From Lepidodermella squamata (taxonomy: Eukaryota > Animalia > Gastrotricha): a stretch of 64,000 bases of DNA. Both the position numbers and the translations under genes were made by a program. The stretch covers positions 3,968,001-4,032,000 of the forward strand of contig JBLDXI010000013.1 in assembly GCA_047495785.1 (NCBI GenBank), in the 5' to 3' direction. The first letter of the stretch is position 1, and every line of letters starts with the position of its first letter. Shown one piece after another: positions 12,233-25,127 of the stretch. The notes under the pieces were generated by a model, which was not told the DNA's origin, did no database searches, and worked only from the letters and a program-made list of their open reading frames with translations.

Positions 12233-14766
12233 GCAGGACAAAGCGCATATATCCATTTCGGGCGCCTGTGTCGCAACTTTCTCCATAGCATCTCGATCGA
12301 TGCAATTAAAAACAAATAGGGGGTATTATCCAGCTGATTACGCTGTCAACAGCTCCGGATGAATCATCGGCCTGATTTAATTAAGGGCGCATCGCGCCCC
12401 TAGACAACGAAAATTACGACAAAAACCGTTCAGTGCAAAAAAACCCGAAGTTTAACATCCTCTTTTCTTTACTTTTTCTCTCCATCTCACAGTCAGTTAT
12501 TTTAACATTAATGTGAAATCTGATCCATAGTATATTCTATATTATTAGGGATCAGGATATGCCGCGGCGACGCGAGAAGAAAAATGAAGAAGAAAGGAGA
12601 CGCGTTATTATCAAGTTCAAGTATGTAGTTTCAAGTTGTTTGACGAATGAAGAATGAAAACAAAAAAACACATAAGGACAGCAAGAGCACATACCCATCA
12701 TCAAACAGCTTTTATCAATCGACAGTTCGGCTCCTTTTTCTAAGTTATAATTTTTCAAATCATAGTCGTCGTCGTCGTCGTGTTAAACACACTGCCAGTT
12801 TATACTCTTCAATCAAACACACGTTAACAAGGACGCAGAAATATTGTGTCTTTAGCAAATTAATAAATGAAACAGCCCCCTTAACGGAAAATTTGCGAGT
12901 TAGTAATCAAAAAAGATAAACACAAAACACGCACATTCATCCCCCATTACTAGTGTGAGTTCGGCTACACGCGACGAGTGCAAAATCATATTATCAAGGT
13001 GGTGGTCTTCGTGTAAGTGTGATGAAGAGAAAAATATAAAATGGAAAAAGGAGAGGCGACAAATCATCGAAATTAATTCATTTTTTTGGTCAATCATATT
13101 CATCATATATAATTATAGTAACTGACGGGATGATGGATAGAGGGCATTTCTGGTTGCTTCATGTGAAAAAGGAGGTGAGGAGAGAAGAGAGAGAACAATC
13201 GTATAATTAATTTTAACAATAAAAGAATACAAGATATCGTCGTCGCGGCTCTTGCTTGCTATTCATCCAAAAAACATGAAGAAAAAATCATCAATCTATA
13301 TCGCCGTATCGTAAGATGATCGAACAAACATCACAACGTCGACTCTTAGATAAACGGCGGGACGTGAAGATTTTCAAGAAATTAAGAACACGAATAATTT
13401 TTCCATATAGCGTTTTAGTTATCATCATCATTTTATCCCGGCGACTTGGCCTCATCCGCTATATACATACAGGTGGTGAACAATTTGAAAAAGAATAATC
13501 ACTATCATAATTTATCGTCATTTTTTAATCAATCAATTTCTTACTACCAACTACTGATGTGAGAAAAGAATATAGTTATAGTTATATAGCATCTGATTGC
13601 AGGTAATCGTGTAATAGATTGCGAATTGATGGGTGTTCTGACAGATAACAACGCACGCACTGTAGTTTAGGCTCAGCTTTTGTTTGTCCGCGGGTTGTTA
13701 TTTCGTAGTGGTAGTATCTTGAAGTAGACAAAGCGTATCAAAGTGTTATTATCCCAGAGAGCGTAAAACAAGAGCAAACCAACAACAAGCAAGCAGAAAT
13801 ATATAGATATTAGATAAACATAGATTTCGTAAGAATATGAATAGGCTTGTACACGTTTGGTATGTACAGAACATTTACTATCAGGAACCAAAACGTCTTC
13901 GGAAACAACTGGCCATTTTGCTCAAGAATCGATGGCGTTGAATTTCGTTACATATTTCTATTTACTTCTTAAATCCGAAATGCCCATCACGAATGAAGTG
14001 AAAAAAATCAAGTAATATCGCCTAGTAATACTTCCAGGATGAATGATGAGAGAAAACGGTCAGAAAAACAAGAATTCATGTTGTATGTATATAAGAAGGC
14101 ATGTTTGATTGTTAGATACAATATAGTGACGATCGTAAATTAGGTATTTCTGCTAGTAACGATGAATCATCATGAAAAATCAAAACCAATAAGTGTCTGT
14201 ACGACTAATGAAAGGCCATTTCATCAATTCACAATGGTAGTATGAAAATTAAACGGTCAAGTATCATCGTCGGTTATTCCATTTACTTCTTCATCTTTTT
14301 CCCGGAACAATCTGGGCCTATAACGTGTGAGAGGAGGAGCTCAAGTCGCGGTGGTGTTAATTTAGTAGGTAATAAACTTGCTGCACGAATTGATATATAA
14401 TACAATTTGTATTTCAATATAAAAATTCTCGCAAATTTCACGAATGCGCCTGGGATATAATCAGTCGATCTTCCTCTAAGCAGAATCGTAGCACAAACGG
14501 CATCATCTTGAATGTATGTACATCGAAATTTACATGAGATGTCTTAAACACATTTACAGGTATATTACAAACAAAAACCATTAATGCGATATGCAGCAAA
14601 CTGCCTTGCGCACAGCAAGCAAAGGGCGACGTGAGCGTTAAGCGTTTGTGGAACTTGGAACGAAGTGTTTACGTGCAATTTTGGAGCAGCTTGAGAATGG
14701 GAGTCATTTGAAAACCATGCCGCACACAAAAAATGTGTAGCGGCTATGGAAACTGCCGACGGGGAT

Positions 14767-15977
14767 TCAAGGTGCTTGTCTTGCCGATGGAACTGCTCCA
14801 GTAGCCGTTGCGGTATGGGTGGCCGAAGTTGTCGCTGATGCCTTTTGTTTGAGCAAAGTCCAGTCAAAAATATAATCGTACTGAAAAGTAAGGGTTCGGA
14901 ACAGGATACGGAATAATTGGCGCAAATATATATAATCAGGAGTTTCTTCGAAGCGTAGGCCTCGGCAATAGTTGAGATAGATGGCAAACTCGGCTGGCAA
15001 ACCGCGGCACAACATTTCAACAGGGGTCGACATTTTCTTTTCACTGATACGCTCATACTGAAAACGGGAAATTTCAAATTATGAATTCATAACATAGTCT
15101 CAATTTTCAACAAACCTTCTGCTTCTTAGTAGCGGCGCGAAGACCTTGCCAAGGCAGGGAGCCTTTGTTGAAGTAGATGAGGACGTATCCGAGGGACTCA
15201 AGGTCATCTCGCCGACTTTGCTCGATGCCGAGGTGGGCGTTGATACTAGCATACCGGGCAGTGCCTGTTATTGAAGAATAGCAATCTAATAAAGCAAGCA
15301 TATTGATTTTAAAGTCTTAATTTACCAGTAAGGTTCTTGTCTTCGCGATACACGATGTGTTGCTTTGTTTTCACATCGTAGTATTTCTTCGCGAGGCCGA
15401 AGTCAATCACGTAAACACGATTGCAGTAGCGACCGATGCCCATTAAAAAGTTGTCGGGCTAAAATAGAAAAAACTTAATCATCAAGACATAATACTCGAA
15501 GCTGCCATACCTTGATATCTCTGTGAATAAAGTGCTTTTCATGAATAAATTCGATTCTGTTCAGCATTTGATCGGCAAGCATCAGCACAGTTTTCATAGT
15601 GAACCGGCGGGAACAGAAGTTGAATAAATCCTATCCAAAGAAATCAATGAAGTTGGGTCAAAGTTAACAGCTATAATTCATACCTCAAGGCTTGGACCCA
15701 ATAGATCAAGCACTAGTAGGTTGAACTGATCTTCACTGGAGAAGTGCTTTATCCGCGAAATGCCAATACCACCTTGCAAAATTTTGTACAGCTTGGCTTC
15801 GTAAGCCAACTGTGGGTGACGAGAGACGATGCATTCTACTTTTACTGCTACCTCCTCGCCAGATTGTTGATTGATTCCAAGATAAATGGCGCCAAAGGAG
15901 CCAGAGCCAATCTTCCTGATCAATTTGTACAATTTACCAGTTCCAAAAGTGTAATTGGGTGGCGGAGTTGGCTCCAT
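14767..15977 (-). CDS. CSNK1A1: Casein kinase 1 alpha, 5 coding exons
   Basis: [88 protein letters not shown]. Short C-tail typical of the alpha class. Exons ~15977-15684, 15630-15511, 15458-15326, 15264-15116, 15057-14767. Confidence 0.95.
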
Positions 15978-16559
15978 TACACGATGAACTGATACCACTC
16001 GACACGAACCCTATTGAAAAGAAACATGAAATTTATGAGTAGCTGGGACATGGAGAAACAAGGTTGTATCAACTTTTATGAATAAGAAAAGATCAGCCTG
16101 AGGCTTTTACAAGTGGGTGGGGCTGATGCAAGAGCTGAGAGAATCAATTATAAGAAAATTTGATATCGAAGGCTAATGAACTTGAGAAAATATTGTGCTT
16201 GATTAAACAAGTAAGCTATCTTTTCAACTGTTGAGACATTGAGTACTTAAAGATAAGACGTTGAGAATGACAAGCTCCTTAGATACTGGAGTCTCCAAGA
16301 GGTAAGATATCTCAGCTATTGGGAAAGGTAATTGATGTTTCTAGCTTCAAAACACTACCATATCTTGGACAAAAAATGCAAGCTACAGCGTATGTCTACG
16401 ACTGATGACTGATGACGAATCGACCTATTTCAGTCGGTTCATAGTAACAACGAGCAGCTGCAGCAAGCGGAGGAGGCGCTCTCACTCAAAGCGACGCCAT
16501 CAAACGACAACAAAAACTGCTCGCAACTCGTCAAAAACTATAAAGCCATTTTCAAAACT

Positions 16560-17300
16560 ATGAGAAATATTTTTAAAACTTAGATGTGTTCACACCGAAA
16601 ATTGATAATAAATAAAGTTCATATATATTATGGCGGGATCCATGGAGCGAGTCGCCCGAAAGGACGCTTTTCGAGAGCGCGCCGTTTCCGCTAAACCCCG
16701 AACCGGTCGCTGTTCGCCGCGTTCACCGCTCCAGCGTGATGCGTGATGAATGATGGGAGATGGGAAATGTAACAGCTGACTGCTGTCTGCAGCCTATAGC
16801 TAACCTGCTTCTTTGGTCATGAGAATGCCGCGCCCTTTTGATCCAAGACGAAACTTGCGGCCCTTGCTACAAACAAGACGGATTCCGCGCAAACCTATAC
16901 CAGGTTGTAGGGGGTCGGGGATCAACATTAAAGTTTCGTGGTGTTTCATGGTGTTCGCTATGTATTTTTAGAAAGTATATTTAATTAAAGACTGCCATCT
17001 CCTTTTCCGCTTTCGCATCACAAATTGTTTACGTGCCATGATCTCAGTGCCAAATTGAAAGAGGATGACTTTTCAGACTCGACTGCTTTCTTTTCCCTAA
17101 ACTTGTTTGCGCGCTTGCGCATCCCCTTTGCCCTATCGCTGTGTGATAAGTGTATATAAAATGCTACATTTCCATTCTCGAATTTGTGCCAAATCGACTC
17201 TGCAAGGCAGTGTGTCAACTTCGCAACGAAATGCGTCATCTTCGTAACGGTAGAAGGCAAAAATAAGTACGTCACTAATGAAAACTCACTGATATAAATC
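16560..17300. promoter_or_regulatory. Putative bidirectional promoter region between divergent CK1 and GPAA1
   Basis: Head-to-head genes; local CpG-rich patch at 16640-16900; TATA-like tatataaa at ~17153. Confidence 0.35.
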
Positions 17301-17578
17301 AGATCAATGCGGTGTTAGGTACATTGATTAGATGCATTAGATAAATGATACCTAATTGAATTTTACGACTCATAACAATCTTTATGGGTTAGCTGGAAAT
17401 TCACGGAGTCTAGCTTTGCTGTAAAATTGTGGGATGCGTTAAAGATTAACGACTTGCATATTTATCGCAAATTTCAAGTGCCGAAGAGTCAATAACGCCG
17501 CACAAATGATCCTGTTTTCCATCATGTTTATCTCATGATGTGCAAACCATTGTCTTTCTAGGGTTTTTGCGACCAAAA

Positions 17579-19748
17579 ATGTCGGGATTAATGTCAGATC
17601 CCGAGAAGCGAAATCAGTTATTCGCAATCATCTCAAAGCGGCAAGTTCTCGTATCGGCTCTATTATTTGTCGGCGGAATCGTTGGTTTCGGTGTATTATG
17701 CTATGTCGACTTTGCTCAGAAGACGTACTTCTCTGAAAATGCTCTACTTCCAGGTATGCGTTGAAAATTGATATTATTCATTATTCTCTATCAATAATGT
17801 TCTTCTAGGTGTCGTCGATGAAATGTTCTCTGCGGCTGATAAGAAATTTGCTACCGACATGATTTACGAGGCCGGTTTACGATATGGCAACGTGACTGCT
17901 GAAACCGAACCGATTATAGCTCCTTGGCTGGCTGAACAATTCGAGGCTATTGGACTTGAGGTTTATCAGCAAGAGTTTTCACTCTCCTTTCCTACTTTGG
18001 GCTCAAGTTAGATTTTTGATATAAACATGCGATACAGGTTGAATAGGATCATATTTTCGCTAGGTTCTGTTAGCGCATTTCATGGTACAAATGTCTATGG
18101 CATCCTTCGAGCGCCTCGATCAGCCGGCCATGAAGGCATTGCAATTGTCGCTCCTATCCGAACAACTGGGCCTTTCATTCAATCGAATGCCGGAGGCGTT
18201 GGAGTTCTGCTTTCCCTTGCCAAGTTTTTCTCTGACAAAAACTTTTGGGCCCGGGACATTGCGTTTGTTGTCCCAGCTTTGGATATGTATGGACTTCAGG
18301 CTTGGCTGAACGCCTATTCTGCCCTGCCGCCTCTCGAAGAGAAATCTGGATCTTCCGTTTCCGTTGGTAGTGATTATATGAAACTCGAAAGTGCGCCGCT
18401 AGATGCTCGCTGTGGCGCGCTCCAAGCTGCCTTAGTGTTGGAACTCGGCCCGAACGCAAATCCTCCGCGATTCGATCTTCGCTTGGAAGGAGTTAATGGA
18501 TTGCTACCGAATCTCGATTATGTAAACTTGGTTACCCGCGTATCTGAGAAACACGATGTCACTGTCTCAATTCAAAATCGAACTGACCCGAAACGTCTCA
18601 ATACTGCCGACGGCTATTTACACACCGTTCAAACTCTCGTCAAACAAATGGGTGCTTTGGCTCAATTTTCACCCACTGGATTGCACGGTCTGTTTTTGCC
18701 GTTGAGAATCGAAGCTTTAACCGTCGCATCAGAGCCGCCCCGTCCGTCAAAGCGCATGAAAGCTGCTGCTGCTGATATTCAAACTGTCGGTAGAACCCTT
18801 GAGGCTGTAATTCGTGCTGTAAACAATTTGCAGGAACGTTTTCACCAATCGTTTTTCTTCTATCTAATGCTTAGCACGCATTATTTCGTCTCAATCGGCC
18901 CATATATGGGCGCCTTTGGTGCTATTCTCGCTGCACCCCTGATCCACGCGCTTGCTCTATGGATCGCGGCCAGATCGCCTAGCACTGGCTCGAAAAAAAC
19001 CACTGATAGCAAGGATTTGCCTCCAGTCGCCCCGGTTTGGCCCTATCTGGTCGCTAGTCTCGTTGCTGGTTCTGTCTGCTATGCCACGATTCCTAGACTG
19101 TGGTATACTGCTATCGGTTCTTTCGGCCTAACTCCATCTCAAGGAATGTTAACTTCTTTGGCCTCATTATTTCTCACGTTGGTCTTAGGCCTGCCATTCT
19201 CACCTCTATTCAAATCAGGTTCGTTGGAAAAAGTTCAAGAATGAAATGCAATATAATCATTTTTCTCTTTTTAAGGTGTGATTGGTATTCCTGACTGGCG
19301 ATTGGCCAAGTCCGTGGCTCTCTTGTTCATGACTCTTGTTCTCGGCGCCCTAGCGCTTCTGAATTTCTCATTCGCTTTCATCAGTGGGCTGCTGATCATT
19401 CCGGCATCGGTTTTTGCAAAACCGTCCCAAAATCGCGTTGTCCGCCTGATTCGTCTTGCTTTGGTCATGGCGATCGGCTCACCGTTGACTCTCAGTGTTG
19501 TGCTGTGCTATCTACACCCGGTCGCTCCAGCTGGCACGGCTATTCAAGACCACCTCGGCGTTCTTTTCTCTAAAGCGCTGAACGAGCAGTTCATTCACGG
19601 TTCTCGTTTTTGGATGACTTTCTCATTGGCCTATTTGCCGGCTTGGATTTTTCTCTTCCTCGTCACACTGCTGCCTTTTAACGAAAAGAAACCGGACGAT
19701 GCATCAGCTGAAACTTCTGAGAAAACTCCAACTGCTGCTGCGAAGTAA
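17579..19748 (+). CDS. GPAA1: GPI transamidase component GAA1, 4 exons, ~666 aa
   Basis: MSGLMSDP...TYFSENALLPG, GTNVYGILRAPR, FWARDI, EGVNGLLPNLD, NNLQERFHQSFFFYL, FVSIGPYM, and multiple C-terminal TM helices. Exons 17579-17753, 17809-18006, 18064-19218, 19276-19748 total 2001 nt. Confidence 0.95.
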
Positions 19749-20462
19749 TCGATGTGTTTCTCTGGAATTAATAATATTATGACATTTTATCAAGACGAAG
19801 GTCTCAAAGACCTGTTGCTAAAATTATATTATACTTTGCTTACTTTTCCCTGAAATTTGAGTGTGCTTTGTGTTAAAACCTATGAGTGATACTTTCTACC
19901 GACTCAGACATCGAATGCACAGCGACACCTTATTTTGAAGTGCTCTGTTGACTTCAGTCAAGCAATAAAACACGTTGTGATCATTTTGCGTTTTTATTTT
20001 TTTGGAAATCTATGGCGAGTTGGGAAATGGGCCGAATTTTCAAAGAATTAATGTAATAATCACGAATTTGTTTTAGATCGTCGCTGGAAACCGGCTACAA
20101 CGTCATTTTAACTACAACCAGGAACCTGACCAATATAGCCCCTAGTGACGTCTAGTTTCGTGCTTTGATCCAATTCCAAAATGGAGACTTGGGATACATG
20201 CCGGACCGCGAAGAATTCCCCAGCCAGAAACTTTCCAAAGTTGCGGGAAACTCGAAGGAAAAACATGGCAGAAATGGATAGAGAGAGCAGTAGATATAAA
20301 AATTATAAAATCGCAGTTCAAGAATAAGTCCAAGAAAGCAGCGGCTAAGTTATCAGAGGCTGCGTTGCGTGAAGACATGAATAAACAGGCGATAAATAAT
20401 ATTAAGAGTTCACCATCTGTTATATCATTTCCCACTTCAAGATATGATATTATTCCGGCGAT

Positions 20463-23400
20463 TCAAACTTCTGGAAGGGCGAAGAGCAATCCGTTGGCAT
20501 CTCCAGTACCGAGTTCGGTAGCTCTATAGCGGTACGTCCAGCTGCTGCATTTGGCACCATTAATATATGACATGTTAGATTAAACTTAAGCTTTACCCTG
20601 CCGTGCAAGTAAAGCAATTTTGATTAGCATTAGTAAAGTTGTTGCCAGCCATATTCATCCACCAGCCTCCACCCACAATATTCGTGACTGTAAAAGCTGT
20701 GTTGTAACTGAAGGATCCGGTACTAACGCCGTAAGGCTGCCCAATGCAAGACGATGGCTGCGCGAAGAAATGAAATCAGCGTTTAAATAGAAGTTAGATA
20801 ACAAGGTACATTGATGAAATTCTGCTGGCATATCCTGTACTTGCCGGCTTCATCGTCAATGAAAGAATTGTAGGAAAGCGAATTATAGCGGTCGGTTATG
20901 AATAGTGAGATCACAACAACCCATTGTGCTGAGGAATAAATGTATCGTTAGAATATATCCAGGTAATCATGCTAGCTTAGATTACGCATTATTTGAGTCC
21001 ACGTTGTTACTGTTGTAGAAGATGGCGCTAAAGCTTGAACAGCCATGTTTGCCGTCAGTGATCCAGAGTAGGTCCAGTAAAGTAAGGGCTCCACGCTAAC
21101 TGGTGGGTCGTAAACCTCGATCACCGCCGAAGTTAAGCTATCGAATCGGAACTATGGAAAAATGGTTTTCTATTGAAAATCCGGTACTAATCACTTTAAC
21201 TGCCAAAATTAGACAGCGAGATCCGATGTTTCGGTCCAAATCCTGGGTCTGTCAAAAAGTCTTTTTTTCGGGTCAACGATGCGTCGTAGAGCAAAATGCC
21301 TGACGGCAAAGTGTAAGCATGAACCGGCGGTTCTTTTGACACCGAATTTGGGGCAAAAGACTTCAAGGAACGCACAGAAAACAACTTGTAAAAAACAGTG
21401 AAATTTCGACTGTTGCGTCATATAACCTGGGTCTAATAATTAGGTTCAATTCTTGGGTCTGATTTTTGGCTATAATCCAAAATTTCGACGCTATTTCACT
21501 GTCATTTTCAATGACCTACTCAGACCTCATGGAACCGAATTCGGTGTCAAAAGAACCGCCGGGTCATGGCCTACACTTTGCCGTCAGGCATTCTGCTCTA
21601 CGACGCATCGTTGACCCGAAAAAAAGACTTTTTGACAGACCCAGGATTTGGACCCAAATATCGGATCTCGAAGTCCAGTGCTCCGCAAACTCGGTGGGGC
21701 AATTCTTCGCGGCCGGAGAGCTTTTCTACAATGATGGCTGGAATGCGGCCAGCTACCCCGTTTCCTTCGATCATGACGCGAAATCATCCTATTTTGGACT
21801 ATTTTCAGCCCAAATATCAGTAAAATACCGTTAGCTAAAGCTCGCTTCGCTCGCATTTATTTCAATCTCTGGTTTACTGGGTCCAGTGCGGCAATCTTGA
21901 GCATTTCCTCTCATCTTTTAGTATGTTCAAGTAGGAAACAGGAGGGACAAAACAATGTATGTGAGTTGAAGCCAAGACCCCCAGGAGCCATGTGGGGTAA
22001 TCCTCGGGTCGCAACTGTGGCCCATTCAGGGAAACATATGGACCACAAATGATCGCATAGGAAGTACCGCTGATGGAATCGCTACTGTTGACTCAAGTGT
22101 TGGGAAGCAGTCGGTTTATGTAGTTAAAGTTTGTTTCTAAGGCTTGTGGCTTGTTCATTAAACCACTCCGCTAAGCGCAATAGAACTCGCAATAGAACCT
22201 TAGTCAGGAAAAGTTGCTGAAAAAGTTTGCGGACCACTGTCGCAGTCTAATTTTGGCAGATAAAGTGTTATCTATAAAACTTCACCTTCTTCAGCCCAGG
22301 CGTGTTGCAGCCGCATAAAATTAACTTGTCGCTGCTCGGATCTTTGCAAACGCAAGTCGATCGCCGAGCTATCATCAGTCGCCCACCGCGATGCGTGAAA
22401 ATTGCACATCTTGCGCTTGAAGTTTCGCTTTTCAAAACTAGCTGAGTCACGGATCCACTGGCCATCAATTGCACGCACCAAGTTGTCGATACCACCAAAG
22501 CAAAATCTGCAAAGCGAAATCACGTCAGTTTTACATCTTTTGGGTAATGTTCAGCGGGTATCAGAGATTCTCCTGACAGATTAGAGCTCTCACTCACCTC
22601 CAGCAGTAAGTTGGCTCGCAATGTCTAGCCCGATCCATTTAGTAGCATTAGTTTTCGACGCGAAACCTTTTATCGGGAGGTTTGGGTCAAAATATTACAA
22701 ACCATTATTTTTCGTCAACCTAGTTTGTAGTCTTGCCAAGTGGAGCTTCCGAAATTCCAGTCGACATACGCTTAAAATCAGATATACTTATATTAAATTC
22801 GAAAGCGATTAAGTCTGAATAAAGCTTTACCAAGGCGGCGAAAGAAAACCATACTCACTGTGGAAATTGTGGCTAGATTATACTGTCTCTTATAGTATCA
22901 AATCATCAAGTGTTTACGATCTTTTTCGCCAATAAGCTGCCTAAAAAATGTAGCTGACTATATATGATGAAAAATTCGAAAAAAATCGAACCCTGATCTT
23001 AAATAATACGCGGAGTTTGGTGCTCGGTAAGCGCATTCCGTAACATAGGGGGTGGAGCCGATGTCAAGTTGAAAATTGTATACACCTGGGCCCTTGCCTG
23101 TTCTTGCCGCCGTTGTACAATCTGCACCAATCTGAAATTACTGATGGCATCAATATGGAAATTTCAACCCACCGCGGAAGGTATCCAACTTGCAAGGAAG
23201 TGCTTCACCAAAGACACACTGAGCGGAAAATAATAATAAATTATGCATTCCCGACGGATATCACTGAGTTTCTCACTAAATGATAGTAATACCACCCTTG
23301 CTTATACTCGATACCTTCCCACAACTCGTTAGCGTGGCCATAGTTGAGCCAGCAAGTGGAATTAGGCGGAAAATATGAGAAGGAACGACACATGCTGTAG

Positions 23401-23591
23401 CTTGTTTGGTCGCATAGATACGCGCATCGCTGAATGTCTATCCCAGCAACTTGCTGGAACGAATCCGAGGCGATCAGGCGAAAATTGGTGCCACAGAACT
23501 TGGGCAAAAAATAATCACCGGCTTCGCATGGTCGTGATACCAAAGCTGCAGAGAAACAATAATAAACAAGAAAAAGCTTTCCCCGCAGCAT
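20463..23591 (-). CDS. Secreted PAN/apple + divergent fibrinogen-related domain protein, copy A (12 exons)
   Basis: Signal peptide, then a PAN domain (C..CAYLC..CRSFSY..TCWLN). Small exons join in frame to give FReD hallmarks: DC..G.Y, VFFRR.AYVDWNF..TWQDYKLGF..KWIGLD..LT, FIDDEAGKY, GGGWW, ending LLFALPEV*. Confidence 0.75.
21192..22267. mobile_element. Non-autonomous DNA transposon with CAC..GTG termini in intron 8 of PAN-FReD copy A
   Basis: 28-bp TIRs: cactttaactgccaaaattagacagcga (21192-21219) vs the reverse complement of 22240-22267, 2 mismatches. Internal ~135-bp inverted repeat, 21217-21351 / 21535-21670. The homologous intron in copy B is only ~54 nt (empty site). Confidence 0.8.
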
Positions 23592-23695
23592 TTTCGGACT
23601 CAACAACCCAGTGCTGTGTTACCCGAAGACTATGTGTTGCGTGGGCGGGTAAGTTCGACGGTAGCCAACATTATCGCACGTTTCTTTGATTGATG

Positions 23696-24540
23696 GGATT
23701 ATTGGCAAAAAGCACCGACTGTTTTTGTCGGACCTTTTAATTGCTGTTCATAAAGGTTGGCAACGTGGCAAAAAAATGAAATAAATACATTATTTTAAGT
23801 CTGCGCGCAGATTCTGTATTTGTTAGCCATTTGTTAGCTGTAGTGTCGATGAAACTGTTGTTGAAGGTAAGCGATATCAATTGGTTTCAAATTTCAAAGA
23901 ATCAGATTTTGCCATTTATTCTTAGCATGTCGTTGTTTTATTCATATAGGCCCTCCGCCGGCCGGCGCTATAGGCACAGAGTGGTTGTCATCAGCATGAA
24001 CATATATTGCCCCCATGCTATCTAGGGCTCTTAGTATTAATCAATTGAACATTATCATAGGCAGTTCATATTTTCGAGTTTTATGTTGTTATTTTATTTT
24101 TGTTTTTCAATTTTTGTCGATTTTTGTTGGCTTTTTGTGCGTTTTTGTAGAAAGGTAGAAAAGTCGATCGAGGGTTCGGGCTCGTTGCGCCAATTGAGTA
24201 GGGCTGAAAATTATCGAAGGTTGTTAACGGCAACAATAAAGGGCTTACAGGCAGGGCTATTGAACAGAGAAAATGTTGAACAGTTACAAAAATTAACGTA
24301 CTATCTGTTTCGCCTATAGGTGATCTGAAAGGGGAGCATTGTGACTGTGTAACAAGGCCATTCGAAATTTAACATACCCTGATTTTAGGTTATAGGTCGC
24401 ACTGGGGGCTCGATAGGCGCATGCTGTGGCGAACGGCCTGGAGCCGATGTCAATCTGAAAGGTATATTTACCCTGGCCTTTGCCTGTTCTTGCTGCTGTT
24501 GTACAATCTACAGCAGAATTATTTAAAGTGTTCAAGACAA
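23696..24540. repeat. ~845-bp near-identical duplicate of 29516-30365 carrying orphan copies of PAN-FReD exons 3-4
   Basis: Direct comparison at offset ~5820 shows only scattered substitutions and small indels. It includes DCTTAARTGKGQGKYTFQ...LKSG and SPIGETD exons with intact splice sites, but no exon 1-2. Confidence 0.85.
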
Positions 24541-24568
24541 AAGATGATAATTGAAGTAGACGTATTCA

Positions 24569-25120
24569 GCTTTTTTATTATTTGGAAATCATCTACAGCG
24601 AGTTGGGAAATGGGTCGAAATTTCGAAGAAATTATGTAATATTCAGTGTTCGGTCAATCAGATCGGTCAATTTCTCAATCAGATTGATTGATAAATCGTA
24701 ACATGTGTATTATGCAATAATCGCGAATTTGTTTTTGATTGTCGCTTGGAAACTGCTCAATTTGGCTACAACCGGGAACCTGACCAATATTAGCCCTGAT
24801 CCAATTCCAAAATGGAGACTTCGGAGATATGCAGGGCCGCGAAAGAGCGAAGAATTCCCCAAACCAGTGTCTCACATTTTTCAAAGTCAATCCGCTTTCA
24901 CATTTCCGAAATTTTCGGAAACGTAAAGGAGAAACATGGCAGAAATAACAAGATCATCAGATATAAATATTCTGAAATCGCAGTTAAGTCAGAGAAAGCT
25001 AACCCAAGTGATCAGAGACAACGTTGAGTAAAAAAAACATGAATAAATAGGCGATAAATATCAATAGTTTAACGTCATTTCTCATTTCCCACTTCAAGAT
25101 TTGATATTATTCCGGCGAAA
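24569..25120. repeat. 3' flank of copy B, homologous to the 3' flank of copy A (19990-20460)
   Basis: Shared blocks such as gcgagttgggaaatggg, ccaattccaaaatggagactt, aaacatggcagaaat, atttcccacttcaagat. Confidence 0.75.
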
Positions 25121-25127
25121 TAGCGAT

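Noticed and set aside
16653-16663. Minus-strand CCTTTCGGGCG resembling the 3' end of eukaryotic tRNA-Sec
   Set aside because: No matching 5' acceptor strand, TCA anticodon arm or T-loop at the required distance.
21103-21856. Mirror-image ORFs on both strands
   Set aside because: Produced by the internal inverted repeat of the transposon; no transposase motifs.
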